This document shows positions 19,274 to 29,210 of a stretch of DNA of 58,433 nucleotides, piece by piece. Position 1 is the stretch's first letter. Each line of letters starts with the position of its first letter. The stretch covers positions 1 through 58,433 of the IMG/VR virus record IMGVR_UViG_3300025759_008281. One strand, written 5' to 3'. Below the pieces are notes generated by a model. That model had not been told where the DNA came from. It searched no databases and saw only the letters and a program-made list of their open reading frames with translations. The translations under genes and the position numbers were made by a program. Origin of the DNA: a virus (lineage: Duplodnaviria > Caudoviricetes).

Positions 19274-19969
19274 TTACCAGGTTATCAAAGATTTACCTTG
19301 TTTATTAAGTTCTTGGTTAATCTTATTAAATACATCTTTACTATCCCATTTACCACCTTTATATGCAGCAGATGCAGGATGAGGTACTTTAAAGATTGTA
19401 TTGTTATCCAAATGCTTAGCCCATGCTTCAGCTTTTTTACCTAACAATACAATTAAAAGATCATCTCTCTTATTTAACTGTGAGAATAAATGCTCAGTAA
19501 ACTTTTCCCATATTGAGTAGTGACTACCAATTTTACCAATTTGTACAGTCATTGCAGTATTAAGCATTAATACTCCTTGATTAGACCATCTTTTTAGATC
19601 TGTATCCCTACTTGCATCAGGATACTGATTCTTTAATTCATCAAAAATATATCTTAATGATGGTTGCTCCTTCATTGTTTTAGAACAACTAAAAGATATA
19701 CCATCAGCAACATCCTGTTGTGGATATGGATCTTGTCCTACAAATACAACTTTCATATCCTTATAAGGACATTCTACAAATGCATTTACAGTTTCTTTAA
19801 GCTTTGGGGTAAACCTATTACCCTCTGTATATTGATTATATAGATTGACTACTATATCATCAAAGAGATCACTATTTATAAAAGGAATCAAGCAATCCCA
19901 ACCAGCCTCTTCTAAGTTTATTAGAAAATTCTCCCGGTGTTTTGTTATGTTTATAGCTAATTCTGACAT
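19274..19969 (-). CDS. ung: Uracil-DNA glycosylase family 1
   Basis: VFVGQDPYP, QPSLRYIF, WSNQGVLMLN, GSH, HPAS. Confidence 0.92.
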   Translation of the reverse strand: MSELAINITKHRENFLINLEEAGWDCLIPFINSDLFDDIVVNLYNQYTEGNRFTPKLKETVNAFVECPYKDMKVVFVGQDPYPQQDVADGISFSCSKTMKEQPSLRYIFDELKNQYPDASRDTDLKRWSNQGVLMLNTAMTVQIGKIGSHYSIWEKFTEHLFSQLNKRDDLLIVLLGKKAEAWAKHLDNNTIFKVPHPASAAYKGGKWDSKDVFNKINQELNKQGKSLITW

Positions 19970-19977
19970 ATTTATAC

Positions 19978-19985
19978 TATATTTG
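19978..19985 (+). promoter_or_regulatory. TAnnTTTG -7 element
   Basis: TATATTTG 20 nt upstream of the ATG at 20006. Confidence 0.55.
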
Positions 19986-20005
19986 TTTAAATAAAAAAAC
20001 TAATT

Positions 20006-20437
20006 ATGAGTGAAACAAAAAGATACAAAAGACACAACACATATGATTACACTAAAAGTGTAAATATTGACATCAATACTAGTTATATTGAAGGTCTTGA
20101 TAATATCATAAGATACTTTTTGTTAAATATTGTTGAAGATCCAACAACAATTCCACAAACTTTCCAAAGATTTGCTACTGTTCTTGGAGGTAAAAAATTA
20201 GATAATCAACTAACTCCAGTAGAGAGTATGATCTTTATTTTATATACCATTGTTACAGAACTTAAATCAAAAGCTAAGGAAGCAGGTTATGAAAGAGATA
20301 ATGAGAATGATGAAAGTTATACTCATGATGAAGTTGTTGATGGATTAAAAACAATCTTAAATGAAAAGGGTCATGATATAGATGAAACTAAAGTAAAATC
20401 TTTACTAAGCATTTTACAAAACAAAAAATCATCTTAA
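20006..20437 (+). CDS. Hypothetical protein; lone + strand gene in the - block
   Basis: 143-aa ORF filling the gap, with its own promoter-like motif. Confidence 0.7.
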   Translation: MSETKRYKRHNTYDYTKSVNIDINTSYIEGLDNIIRYFLLNIVEDPTTIPQTFQRFATVLGGKKLDNQLTPVESMIFILYTIVTELKSKAKEAGYERDNENDESYTHDEVVDGLKTILNEKGHDIDETKVKSLLSILQNKKSS

Positions 20438-20812
20438 CTGTATTCCTTGTTCATCACCTATTCTCATACATTCTTGGATACATAGATTAAGCTCTTGCTT
20501 ATCACAATCTGCAAAAGATTTACAATACTCTGTTTTATCTTTCATAAAACATAGACCTGTTTGTCTTTTTACAAGGAGCTTCATCTCCATAAAGGTATAC
20601 CCAATGTCACTTGCAAGTTCTCTTATCATAGCATGGAGTCTTGCAAGTTGTGCATTTGTACCATTATCAGTACTTACACTTATAAACATTTCTATCCTGG
20701 CTCCATCTGGAACATCAGATAAAAATGCATTTAATCTAGTCTTTTGAATTTTGGCAGGAAAAGTAATCTCACCACCATTTACCTGTGCAGGTATAAAAAT
20801 ATTATTCTTCAT
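20429..20812 (-). CDS. NinB/Orf-like recombination protein
   Basis: TNAQLARLHAMIRELASDIG...KSFADCDKQEL pattern. Confidence 0.5.
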   Translation of the reverse strand: MKNNIFIPAQVNGGEITFPAKIQKTRLNAFLSDVPDGARIEMFISVSTDNGTNAQLARLHAMIRELASDIGYTFMEMKLLVKRQTGLCFMKDKTEYCKSFADCDKQELNLCIQECMRIGDEQGIQLR

Positions 20813-20988
20813 AAAGATTTGTTCAGATCTATCACAGAATCAACAGCCTCAGCTTGTGCCCTTCTAACCTTGTTAATCATTTTTTGAGTATGAGGATCTT
20901 TAGTCTTCATGTGATTCTTAATTAGTTTGATCTCTAGATCAACTAAGTACTCAATTTTTTTCTTAACTGCTGGTGATAAATTTTTCAC
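20809..20988 (-). CDS. Small hypothetical protein (59 aa, not in ORF track)
   Basis: GTG start, KNLSPAVKKKIEYLVDLEIKLIK...; its stop overlaps the next ATG (ATGA). Confidence 0.5.
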   Translation of the reverse strand: MKNLSPAVKKKIEYLVDLEIKLIKNHMKTKDPHTQKMINKVRRAQAEAVDSVIDLNKSL

Positions 20989-21079
20989 TTCATGTTTATT
21001 TTCTTAATAAAAAATATCTTCTTCTGAAGATATATAAATTACTTTTATAATGTTTGATCCTGGTTGTTCATCTCCGGGA

Positions 21080-21556
21080 TCACTTACTACAATCTCTTTC
21101 ATTATATTCTTTAATTGTTTTAAACTTTAATAAAAATAAATAATGGTGCAAACTAGCTGTAAAGATACAAATGATTTCACCAAGTAATAAATTATAAACA
21201 CAACATAATAGACCTATCATAAAAATATATTTTAAATACGTATATCTTTTAGATCTGGTTAGTGCATAAAAAATTGATAAGAAAAATGCCACAGCAAATA
21301 TGTTATGCAGCATCATATACTTCTCAACTGAAAATACAGTTAAAAATAAAAGGAGCACCCCAGGGATACTCCAATCTTTTAACTGTAAGAAATAATATAC
21401 TGTTGCTATATTACATAATAGATATAAAGGTTGTACAGAGGTATTAAAATATTTTGACAAAGATATTTCATACCCATCAATTAGAACACATAAAACTGGA
21501 TACAAACAACAACCAACTATTGTAGAGAGTCTCCAATAATACCCATATGATTTCAT
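21080..21556 (-). CDS. Multi-pass membrane protein
   Basis: Several hydrophobic helices; SLSKYF and LHNIFAVAFF segments. Confidence 0.6.
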   Translation of the reverse strand: MKSYGYYWRLSTIVGCCLYPVLCVLIDGYEISLSKYFNTSVQPLYLLCNIATVYYFLQLKDWSIPGVLLLFLTVFSVEKYMMLHNIFAVAFFLSIFYALTRSKRYTYLKYIFMIGLLCCVYNLLLGEIICIFTASLHHYLFLLKFKTIKEYNERDCSK

Positions 21557-21609
21557 ACTTTTCTAAAATAATTATACAGTTTGTGATTAATCCTGTAATA
21601 TACAAAAAC

Positions 21610-21843
21610 TCATTTGAATCTTAATGAGTTTTCCACTAAAATAAATTCTTGCCCACAATTAAAACAATCCAGTTGATCATCTTTTTTATTAAGATTTGAT
21701 GCCAAACAATTTGGACATAATGTATCAGATCTTTCAGCAATAGGTGTTGCATATTCTGCAACAACTTGTTTTAGATAATCATTAGGTTCTCCAAGAAAAC
21801 CTTCCTCAATCATTTGGATGTAGACTTCTTTCATACGTCCCAT
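21610..21843 (-). CDS. Small Zn-ribbon protein
   Basis: CPNC...CFNC; MGRMKEVYI N-terminus. Confidence 0.65.
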   Translation of the reverse strand: MGRMKEVYIQMIEEGFLGEPNDYLKQVVAEYATPIAERSDTLCPNCLASNLNKKDDQLDCFNCGQEFILVENSLRFK

Positions 21844-21844
21844 C

Positions 21845-22201
21845 TTATTCTATCTCCACTGTTAACCCATATTCCCCAAGAATAGAAGCAACAGGTTTTA
21901 ATTCATCAATAGGACCTGTCTTGACAGAGCATTTACCATTGTTATGTACAATGATTGCACACTGTTCTGCTTGTTGCTCAGTGTGTTGACAGAAAGACAT
22001 TAAGCACTCTATAACGTACTTAAATGTGTTTTCTTCATCATTGTATAATATTATGCTCTTAGTTTCCAACATCTCAGTTATTTCACTGATATCAATATCA
22101 GTAATTTCTTCTTCTAAATGTTGGTTCTTATTATTAATATACTCTTTATATAATTTAAAGTTAAAGTTATCCCAATATTTATTGTAATTTTCTTTCTTCA
22201 T
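21845..22201 (-). CDS. clpS: ClpS N-degron adaptor
   Basis: IILYNDEENTFKYVIECL...HTEQQAEQCAIIVHNNGKCSVKTG...GLTVEI. The ATG at 22201 is preferred over the track start. Confidence 0.85.
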   Translation of the reverse strand: MKKENYNKYWDNFNFKLYKEYINNKNQHLEEEITDIDISEITEMLETKSIILYNDEENTFKYVIECLMSFCQHTEQQAEQCAIIVHNNGKCSVKTGPIDELKPVASILGEYGLTVEIE

Positions 22202-22299
22202 CCTTAAAATATTTATCCTGTAGGTATTCCTCCCATTCCTGACGTTTAAAGCCATTAACAAAAAACCAACCTACATTTAATTCAATCCATTTGTATGCA

Positions 22300-23412
22300 C
22301 TATAAAACATTACTACTTGTTTTTAAAGGTTCATAATAATAAATCTTCTTTGAGTCAAAACCTTTTAAAGCATTACTGACCCATGTTTCATCTACGGTAT
22401 CTCTGTAACATAAGATATGACACAAAGATGTTTGAGATGGATTAAGTCTTAATAACCTACCTATTCTTTGTGCAGCTTTTCTTTCATTACCATATGCATG
22501 CATAATAATACCTTGCTTTAGATTAGGTATAGTAACACCTTCACTAAGTTGTAATACACAAGATAAAGTATTAATCCTTCCATCAGAAAACAATTCTAGA
22601 TTATCATCAGAGGAATTGTTACCAGAATGGTAACTATGACTACATAGCTTATCTGCTTGTTGCTGAGTATTAGCAAAAATAATACACTTAGACTTTACTT
22701 TATTTAATAATGATGTAACATACTCTTCTTTAGTAGGATAATCCATCATACTTTTCATTCTCATAATAGAACTAATAGCTTTAGATTTACCTGGTCTAGA
22801 GTTTAATACCCTTTGACTATAATAACTATAATCATCTCTTTCAGATGTATACCAATGACCACCATTCTTATTCTTTTTCTTGAGAGTCTTAATCTTAGAC
22901 AACTCAAGCATGTGAACCATGATCTTATAATCATTTAGAATATTACTACTTGTTGCATCATCAACACTAAACTTGTATTTAACAGGACAATACTTCTGCA
23001 CCATCTCATATTTTTCTGATCCCCTTCTTTCCGGAGGAGTACCAGTTAATCCTACAATCTTACCCTTAAAATTGGATAAAAATTCATCATGACTATATAG
23101 TAAACTATGACATTCATCAAGATATATTACATCATAGTCATTAGGATTCTTTTTATTTAGTGATAAGTATGTAGTAAAGTGAACATAGTTAGTTAAATCT
23201 TCATGATTCATCTTTCCAAATTCATCTATCCAGGATTTTAATATTGTTTTTTTAGGAGCAACAACTAAATACTGAACCATAGGATGAAAGTTTTTAACCA
23301 TATGGTTTACACCAATTCTAGTTTTACCTACACCCATTGATATTCCTAAACTACATCTATCATTTTCTAATAATACTTTTAAACCTTTATCTTGAACTTC
23401 TTCTCTATTCAT
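22300..23412 (-). CDS. Superfamily 2 helicase (UvsW/RadD-like)
   Basis: MGVGKT, DECH, GLTGTP, LSEGVTIP, QRIGRLLR. Confidence 0.88.
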   Translation of the reverse strand: MNREEVQDKGLKVLLENDRCSLGISMGVGKTRIGVNHMVKNFHPMVQYLVVAPKKTILKSWIDEFGKMNHEDLTNYVHFTTYLSLNKKNPNDYDVIYLDECHSLLYSHDEFLSNFKGKIVGLTGTPPERRGSEKYEMVQKYCPVKYKFSVDDATSSNILNDYKIMVHMLELSKIKTLKKKNKNGGHWYTSERDDYSYYSQRVLNSRPGKSKAISSIMRMKSMMDYPTKEEYVTSLLNKVKSKCIIFANTQQQADKLCSHSYHSGNNSSDDNLELFSDGRINTLSCVLQLSEGVTIPNLKQGIIMHAYGNERKAAQRIGRLLRLNPSQTSLCHILCYRDTVDETWVSNALKGFDSKKIYYYEPLKTSSNVL

Positions 23413-23750
23413 ATCTATTTAGTTTTTTTTCCATATCTAACATAATTAAAGATTGTTGTTTAATCATTGATCTATACTTGAATATGTAAGATGTTTGAAA
23501 CCCTAACATGATTGCAAGTATTGCTATATAAAAGTACCAATGTAAACTCTTTGTAAAGTTTATTCTTTTTAAATTAGTTTTCATACTTGTTTTCTTTTTA
23601 ACCAGCTGTTACCATCATCAGTACAGATGTAATGAGTTTCTTTAAGGTCATTAATAATAAGTATTGAATTCATATAAGCAGACCATGCCTCAAAAGTCAT
23701 TTCTCTTTCAAACATTGTCTGAATCTTATGATCTTTGTTTTTATCTAAAC

Positions 23751-24017
23751 TCATAATCTTCTTTTGTATTTTATAAAATACTCAATCCCTGAGTGGACTA
23801 CAATCAAATGCTTGTCTGTTCTTAAGTAATTGTATGGGTTATAAAAGTTCAAGGCTAATCTTGCATATAGCTCAGGCAAATGTTCCTTAACTAACTTATT
23901 GATTTCCTTTTTACTTCCTCTCTTTGCTCCATCCATCCAACTATTCCATTGCTTAAAGTCAATAGATGTGCAGTCAGCTACATATTCTAAGTGGTCTATA
24001 TTATTGTATGTAAACAT
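23751..24017 (-). CDS. Hypothetical protein
   Basis: 88-aa ORF, ends HLIVVHSGIEYF. Confidence 0.6.
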   Translation of the reverse strand: MFTYNNIDHLEYVADCTSIDFKQWNSWMDGAKRGSKKEINKLVKEHLPELYARLALNFYNPYNYLRTDKHLIVVHSGIEYFIKYKRRL

Positions 24018-24048
24018 ATTATAATTTTTTTAATTAGTCACTTTTAGT

Positions 24049-24249
24049 TTAATCTTTCCAAATCCATTTACATTTGGTGCACTGCTTATATCCAGAATCA
24101 AATGTGTTATACTCTTCATGTTTACAATCAGACTCTACAGGTTTTTCATAACCTTTAAGAATATCTATCATTTCATATAACTCTTGTCTTGTAAAAACTC
24201 TTTGTTTAGAGTTCTTTATCTTCTCTCTTAACTTCTCCAGGTCCTGCAT
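24049..24249 (-). CDS. Small Zn-finger-like protein
   Basis: CKH...CTKC. Confidence 0.55.
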   Translation of the reverse strand: MQDLEKLREKIKNSKQRVFTRQELYEMIDILKGYEKPVESDCKHEEYNTFDSGYKQCTKCKWIWKD

Positions 24250-24397
24250 CTATTAATAATTTAAAAGTTGAATAATTTTTTCTTGACCCATTAATCCAAC
24301 ATCTTATTGTTGAATGAGGAATATTAAATTCATCAGCAACTTCCTTAGCAGAGTTATAAATCTTACCAGTTCTAATGTCTATAATTTTGTTTGCCAT
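24206..24397 (-). CDS. NUMOD1-like HTH protein
   Basis: TGKIYNSAKEVADEFNIPHSTIRCWING. Confidence 0.6.
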   Translation of the reverse strand: MANKIIDIRTGKIYNSAKEVADEFNIPHSTIRCWINGSRKNYSTFKLLIDAGPGEVKREDKEL

Positions 24398-24478
24398 ATT
24401 AGTATAGTTAATAAGAATAATCCAATGATTACCATAATACTTAAAAGTATCAGATAAATTGTTGCAATTATACTGTAC

Positions 24479-24736
24479 TTAAACTTCATTACCAGACTTC
24501 TTTTTAATATAATTTGACAACAAGTCTTTGTGTTGTTTATAATACTTAATAAGCTTATGAAACTCTAGATCAGGATAGTCATTTAAATTAATCCTATCAA
24601 TGATTTCCCAGAATCCATATTTATCTATGTTTTCTGCTAGATATTTATACCTATCTTGTATAAACTTATTAAACTCTTCATTAGATACTTCATCTATGAT
24701 AAGTTTCTGCCACATTTTTAAATCTTCTTTGCTCAT
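24479..24736 (-). CDS. Hypothetical protein
   Basis: 85-aa ORF coupled to the HNH gene. Confidence 0.55.
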   Translation of the reverse strand: MSKEDLKMWQKLIIDEVSNEEFNKFIQDRYKYLAENIDKYGFWEIIDRINLNDYPDLEFHKLIKYYKQHKDLLSNYIKKKSGNEV

Positions 24737-24996
24737 GTTCTACTAATTGAAAATCCTAACTCTTTTGCATCCTCTGGATTTAATTCAATCCATGTATGAC
24801 AATTCCTACATACAGAAAGCCATGTGGCAGTATCTAGATGATACTTGCCACGTCCTTTCATATGGTGCACATCAGTAGATTTTAAACTACATTGATGTAT
24901 TTTTGCTTGACACATTGGATACTTGCTTAGAAACTGTTTTCTTAGCTGGGTGTATTCTCTGTTTGCTTGAGCCATTTTTTTTGACACCTTTCTCAT
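24733..24996 (-). CDS. Small HNH endonuclease-like protein
   Basis: CQ...C...STDVHH...WLSVCRNCH. Confidence 0.75.
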   Translation of the reverse strand: MRKVSKKMAQANREYTQLRKQFLSKYPMCQAKIHQCSLKSTDVHHMKGRGKYHLDTATWLSVCRNCHTWIELNPEDAKELGFSISRT

Positions 24997-25513
24997 TTGG
25001 GTCTGATTTTAATAATAAAAAATTCTTAGGAAGCAAACCTTCTTGCATAAACTTAAGTATGATATCCTCATATCTTATGTCTAACTCCTTGAGACTCATC
25101 TTATTATTATAATCAGGAAGATACTCAAAAGGTTGGTTTAAAAGCTGTTGTCCTGCCTCACTCTTAGCAAAGATACTAAAAAGAGAATTAGATTTCTGAT
25201 AACAAACGTACTGTTTTAGCTCATTTATTACATCTTGACCTCTCTTCCAAACCTTAGTGATTCTTCTCTTCTTATCCCAGTGCATGAATTTAACTTCATC
25301 TTTAGTATACATATTCAAACCATGCAACACTCTTTTAAACAAATAATGTTGATATGGGTTTAGTTTTGTATACTCTAAATTCTGTATTAAACTTTTAGGA
25401 TGTAGTTGGTATTCACTAAGTAGTCCTAGATAAGCATATCTTTCTTCTCTATGTTTTAGTTTATGAATTTCCTTAGCTGTTTGTAATTTCTGTAATTGTT
25501 TTTCTGATAGCAT
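24887..25513 (-). CDS. Hypothetical protein
   Basis: 208-aa ORF; its 3' end overlaps the HNH gene. Confidence 0.65.
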   Translation of the reverse strand: MLSEKQLQKLQTAKEIHKLKHREERYAYLGLLSEYQLHPKSLIQNLEYTKLNPYQHYLFKRVLHGLNMYTKDEVKFMHWDKKRRITKVWKRGQDVINELKQYVCYQKSNSLFSIFAKSEAGQQLLNQPFEYLPDYNNKMSLKELDIRYEDIILKFMQEGLLPKNFLLLKSDPNEKGVKKNGSSKQRIHPAKKTVSKQVSNVSSKNTSM

Positions 25514-25554
25514 GTCTAAAAAATTTATGGAGTTATTATAAAGTAGTGTAAACT

Positions 25555-25580
25555 AAAAGGGTGCACGTATGCACCCCCTT
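25555..25580 (-). terminator. Intrinsic terminator
   Basis: Minus strand reads GGGTGCA-TACG-TGCACCC-TTTT. Confidence 0.65.
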
Positions 25581-25603
25581 AGTGTAAAATATATAGTTAT
25601 AGA

Positions 25604-26263
25604 TTATAATTCAAAAGCATCATCTTCAAAGTCATCTATAACTTCTTCTGAAACTTCTTCTACAACCTCTTCAACAGTCTCTTCAACTTCAGAAGTTATT
25701 TCTTCAGGTTCTTCTTCCTGTTTAGCATTCTCTTCTTCAATTGCTTTTATACTGTCTTCTAAGTCAACTTGATTGTCTGTAGGTTTGGTTAAATCAAAAC
25801 CTGATTCTTTCTTATCAATGTTAAATAAGTTATTCAATGCACTCTTTTGACCTTGAGCATTAGCTTCTTTGATAGCATCACCATTAGTATGTGCTATAAA
25901 CTCATCCTCAACAGTACTTGTTGCATCATACATTGTCTTCCTATAAATAGGTTCACCATAATAGCAACATACAATGCCTGTTTTTCCAGCAATCTTTAGA
26001 TCTGAATCAGGATCATCTATGTTAAATGGTGTAGTAGATTCTTTAATTACAATTCTACCTGGCAACTCAGTCTTATTCTTCATGTCAACAACTTTAAAAT
26101 CTTCAAGCTTTGCATGTAATAATGCTGTTACTGGTTTAATACTTAAGAAATTATTTGAATATACTTCTTTGTTTTGACTTAATCTCACATAACCATATTC
26201 AGGATTTTGTGACTGTCTAATTACATTTCCCTTCTCATCAGGGATGATTTGAACTTTGTTCAT
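25604..26263 (-). CDS. Hypothetical protein with long acidic tail (SSB-like architecture)
   Basis: Beta-rich N-terminal domain and Glu-rich tail ending DDAFEL. Confidence 0.55.
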   Translation of the reverse strand: MNKVQIIPDEKGNVIRQSQNPEYGYVRLSQNKEVYSNNFLSIKPVTALLHAKLEDFKVVDMKNKTELPGRIVIKESTTPFNIDDPDSDLKIAGKTGIVCCYYGEPIYRKTMYDATSTVEDEFIAHTNGDAIKEANAQGQKSALNNLFNIDKKESGFDLTKPTDNQVDLEDSIKAIEEENAKQEEEPEEITSEVEETVEEVVEEVSEEVIDDFEDDAFEL

Positions 26264-26301
26264 GTTTTTAAATTTTAAAAGGTAAATAAAATGGGTTGAG
26301 G

Positions 26302-26565
26302 CTACTCCTCATTGTTGAAATACGGGTCATTCAACTTTTCACTTTCATCTATTTCATCAAGGCCTGGTTCATACTCTTCATCCATATCTTGGATGGCAGC
26401 ATTTTTACCTTTATGAAACATATTGTAAAAAGGATTACCCACATGTTTTGTATAGGATGTATTTATACCTTCTAGATCTTGCACCTCTTGATCACTGAGT
26501 GACAGATACACTTCTGTTGAGCACTCTATGATACGTCCGTTTGCAAGTTGAATAATCATATACAA
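26302..26565 (-). CDS. Small acidic hypothetical protein
   Basis: 87-aa ORF; TATTTTTG at 26573-26580 (-) upstream. Confidence 0.6.
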   Translation of the reverse strand: MYMIIQLANGRIIECSTEVYLSLSDQEVQDLEGINTSYTKHVGNPFYNMFHKGKNAAIQDMDEEYEPGLDEIDESEKLNDPYFNNEE

Positions 26566-26650
26566 ATTTATTCAAAAATACAATACGGTTGTCAAAAAGG
26601 GTACAAAAATTTAGAAAGTTAACACATCTTTAATGCACTAATATAGCTAA

Positions 26651-26980
26651 CTACAAAAGAGTGATAATTAATCCATTTCTTTTTATGTAATTTTTAGCTT
26701 TAAGTTCTCTAAGATATCTCTTGATACTATCAAATGATACATTTAATTCATCTGCAAGTGTTGACTTCTTAGGGAAACATTTACGTTCCTTATTAGCATA
26801 ACAGCATAATAGTGCATATAAGCATTTTGCTTGCACTGATAATTCTGGATCTGTCATAACTCTATATGGAACAATACCAAATCTATCAGTCCTTTTGGAC
26901 GTATTCATTTTGGATTTTATGATAAGCTTCACTGTACGGCAAGTAAGGAAGATCTTCATCACAGAAGTGATACTTTTCAT
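26651..26980 (-). CDS. Winged-HTH (HTH_36-like) protein; true start probably later (MNTSKR)
   Basis: DPELSVQAKCLYALL...CFPKKSTLADELNVSFDSIKRYLRELKAKNYI. Confidence 0.75.
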   Translation of the reverse strand: MKSITSVMKIFLTCRTVKLIIKSKMNTSKRTDRFGIVPYRVMTDPELSVQAKCLYALLCCYANKERKCFPKKSTLADELNVSFDSIKRYLRELKAKNYIKRNGLIITLL

Positions 26981-27137
26981 TCATTATATGACCAAAAGAT
27001 AAGTAATCTTTGTCAATGTACATACAATAATCATGTACTATTTCATCTAACAAACTTCCTGATATATGATTAGCATCCATAGGGGATAAATAATCTACTG
27101 ATTCACTGTCTAATAATGATTGATTAATCCTTGCCAT
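26886..27137 (-). CDS. Hypothetical protein
   Basis: 83-aa ORF. Confidence 0.5.
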   Translation of the reverse strand: MARINQSLLDSESVDYLSPMDANHISGSLLDEIVHDYCMYIDKDYLSFGHIMNEKYHFCDEDLPYLPYSEAYHKIQNEYVQKD

Positions 27138-27624
27138 GTTTTAATAATTCTTTATAGTAATTGTTAAAAAAATCAATATCTGATTTGTCTTTCTTTAAAT
27201 ATAATGAATTAACTGAATAATCATGAAAAATTGGTTTCTTATTTTCATCATGATAAATTAATCTAACTTTAAATAGAGCAGCATAACGGTTAAATGAATC
27301 ACTACTCCAGGTATCATCATCATATATGATGCCATACACATATCCTATTTGAGGCAGTAATTGTAGATCCTGAAGAACATCAATATGAAACTTATCATCA
27401 ATATGATAATCTATCATAGGAACTCTAACTATATCACCTTTCTCAAAACCTTCATATTTCTCTTTAAAAGAGTTTATAGTCAAAATATGATTAACTTTAT
27501 CTGAGTCAAGATTATCAACTATAATTGAGATAATTGCATCTTTGTTGACACTATCTGTAAATATACTACTAAAGAGGTGTTGAACTATGTCTGAACTTAC
27601 ATTATATGTTTTTCTCATAAGCAT
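27124..27624 (-). CDS. Hypothetical protein
   Basis: Start set to the ATG at 27624, which follows the TCTAAATTTT motif. Confidence 0.6.
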   Translation of the reverse strand: MLMRKTYNVSSDIVQHLFSSIFTDSVNKDAIISIIVDNLDSDKVNHILTINSFKEKYEGFEKGDIVRVPMIDYHIDDKFHIDVLQDLQLLPQIGYVYGIIYDDDTWSSDSFNRYAALFKVRLIYHDENKKPIFHDYSVNSLYLKKDKSDIDFFNNYYKELLKHGKD

Positions 27625-27757
27625 AAAATTTAGAAGGGTAGAGGTTTTAATTCTACCCTTCATTGTTACCACTACTAACAATAACTCTTAGCCATAATGC
27701 TAACAGTTAATATAACTTTAAATACTGGTTTTGTTATGGGGTGTATATATGCACCCT

Positions 27758-28429
27758 TTAACCCAACAAGTCAGGAGGAAGTTTATACTCTATAATACCT
27801 ACATATCCAGTGCTATCTGGCTTTATATCAGGATTATATGCTAAAACTTGAGTAAAAAACTCCTCATCTGACATGTTTTTAATAATATTAAGTAATCTTC
27901 TGGCCCTTTTATTCAGTTTGTTTTTAACTGATATCATCTGTGCATGATTATATAAACTTTTAAAAGAAGGATACTTCTCAAAAAATGTTATATGACTATG
28001 ATATTCTAGACAAAAAGTATAATCTTCAAACTCACAAATAAATTTAGGATGTCCATGATAAAGCTTATGTTTTGTTAGATTAACTTCAAAACTATCAAGT
28101 TTACTGCTTAACCACTTTGTAGGTGGTAAGAATAACCTATGATTTATTTGTAAAGATGTATCACCAGTGTTACTTATCCATTGATGACATCTATAGGAAA
28201 AGATAGAAGTATCAAAACATAATGTCCTGTTTGTTACAGTAATGTTTCCTGAATGACCTTTAAACAGTTTCCAAGCATCAAACCTGAAAACTGTTCTGTA
28301 GTCAAACTTTTCTTTTTCCTTAAACCTTTCTTCTTGTTTAGCTCTACCAGCTATTCTATTTTTGATTTTAGTAATAATATCCATAACCCTCTTCTTTTTT
28401 AACTCTAGTTCTCCAATCAAATGACACAA
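27758..28429 (-). CDS. Hypothetical protein (start likely MDIITK)
   Basis: Long ORF in the early region. Confidence 0.6.
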   Translation of the reverse strand: MCHLIGELELKKKRVMDIITKIKNRIAGRAKQEERFKEKEKFDYRTVFRFDAWKLFKGHSGNITVTNRTLCFDTSIFSYRCHQWISNTGDTSLQINHRLFLPPTKWLSSKLDSFEVNLTKHKLYHGHPKFICEFEDYTFCLEYHSHITFFEKYPSFKSLYNHAQMISVKNKLNKRARRLLNIIKNMSDEEFFTQVLAYNPDIKPDSTGYVGIIEYKLPPDLLG

Positions 28430-28703
28430 CTACAAAAGGAAGAGTAAGGAATGCTTGTTTATCCTTAAATCCAAACGCTAAACCAAAACCAAAGTAATAA
28501 TCTGTACTTGTTTTTGGTATCATTTTTATTTTATTCATATAAACAACCCACATAAGTGCTTGTAATATTGTGAATAAAGTAAAAATAACTAACATGAGTT
28601 TACTACTAGAGCTATAGTCAGTATATGCTAATGCATTCACTGTAAAGATCATCATGCTTATAGGCATAATAATAGTAAATATAAATTTAATTAACTGTTT
28701 CAT
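28368..28703 (-). CDS. Membrane protein
   Basis: Two N-terminal hydrophobic helices. Confidence 0.55.
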   Translation of the reverse strand: MKQLIKFIFTIIMPISMMIFTVNALAYTDYSSSSKLMLVIFTLFTILQALMWVVYMNKIKMIPKTSTDYYFGFGLAFGFKDKQAFLTLPFVVVSFDWRTRVKKEEGYGYYY

Positions 28704-28853
28704 GCTTCTTGTTTTATATAAGTTTGAGTATGCTTTCCATTTTCATATACATGTATTTCATTTGCTGACCTTGCATAAGCAAGATCAACTGAAGGTGTAT
28801 GATACATTTTTCCAGAGTAGTCTGTGTAAGTGTAATAGTAATTCTTCTCCATT

Positions 28854-29192
28854 TTAATTGTATTCTAGTGAGTAATTAATAAAATCTATAACATCTTGAT
28901 AGCTTTCTTCTACTAAGTCAAGAGACTTTGCAAAGGTAAGAAGATGTTGATTATCCATCAACTCTTCTGTCAAGTGGTGTAATAATACATCACCTAGGCT
29001 ATCATTTTTGGCAACTTGCCATTCTTCATCATTAAACCATATTACACTACGGCTTAATCCTTTCTGTGAATTTGGGATCACAACCCCTATCTCACCCTCA
29101 AAATTTTTGAAGGCAGATAAATCTTTAATTGTTAGTTTCAATGTGGTAAACATTTTAATTAATAAAAAATACACTTCTGTTACTAGGCTCAT
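28854..29192 (-). CDS. Hypothetical protein (start likely MFTTLK)
   Basis: ORF in the early region. Confidence 0.55.
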   Translation of the reverse strand: MSLVTEVYFLLIKMFTTLKLTIKDLSAFKNFEGEIGVVIPNSQKGLSRSVIWFNDEEWQVAKNDSLGDVLLHHLTEELMDNQHLLTFAKSLDLVEESYQDVIDFINYSLEYN

Positions 29193-29210
29193 GTGCTCAA
29201 GCCCTAGGTC

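Noticed and set aside
24206-24996. Mobile homing endonuclease element
   Set aside because: The HNH and NUMOD1-like ORFs are short, separate genes with no sign of an interrupted target gene.
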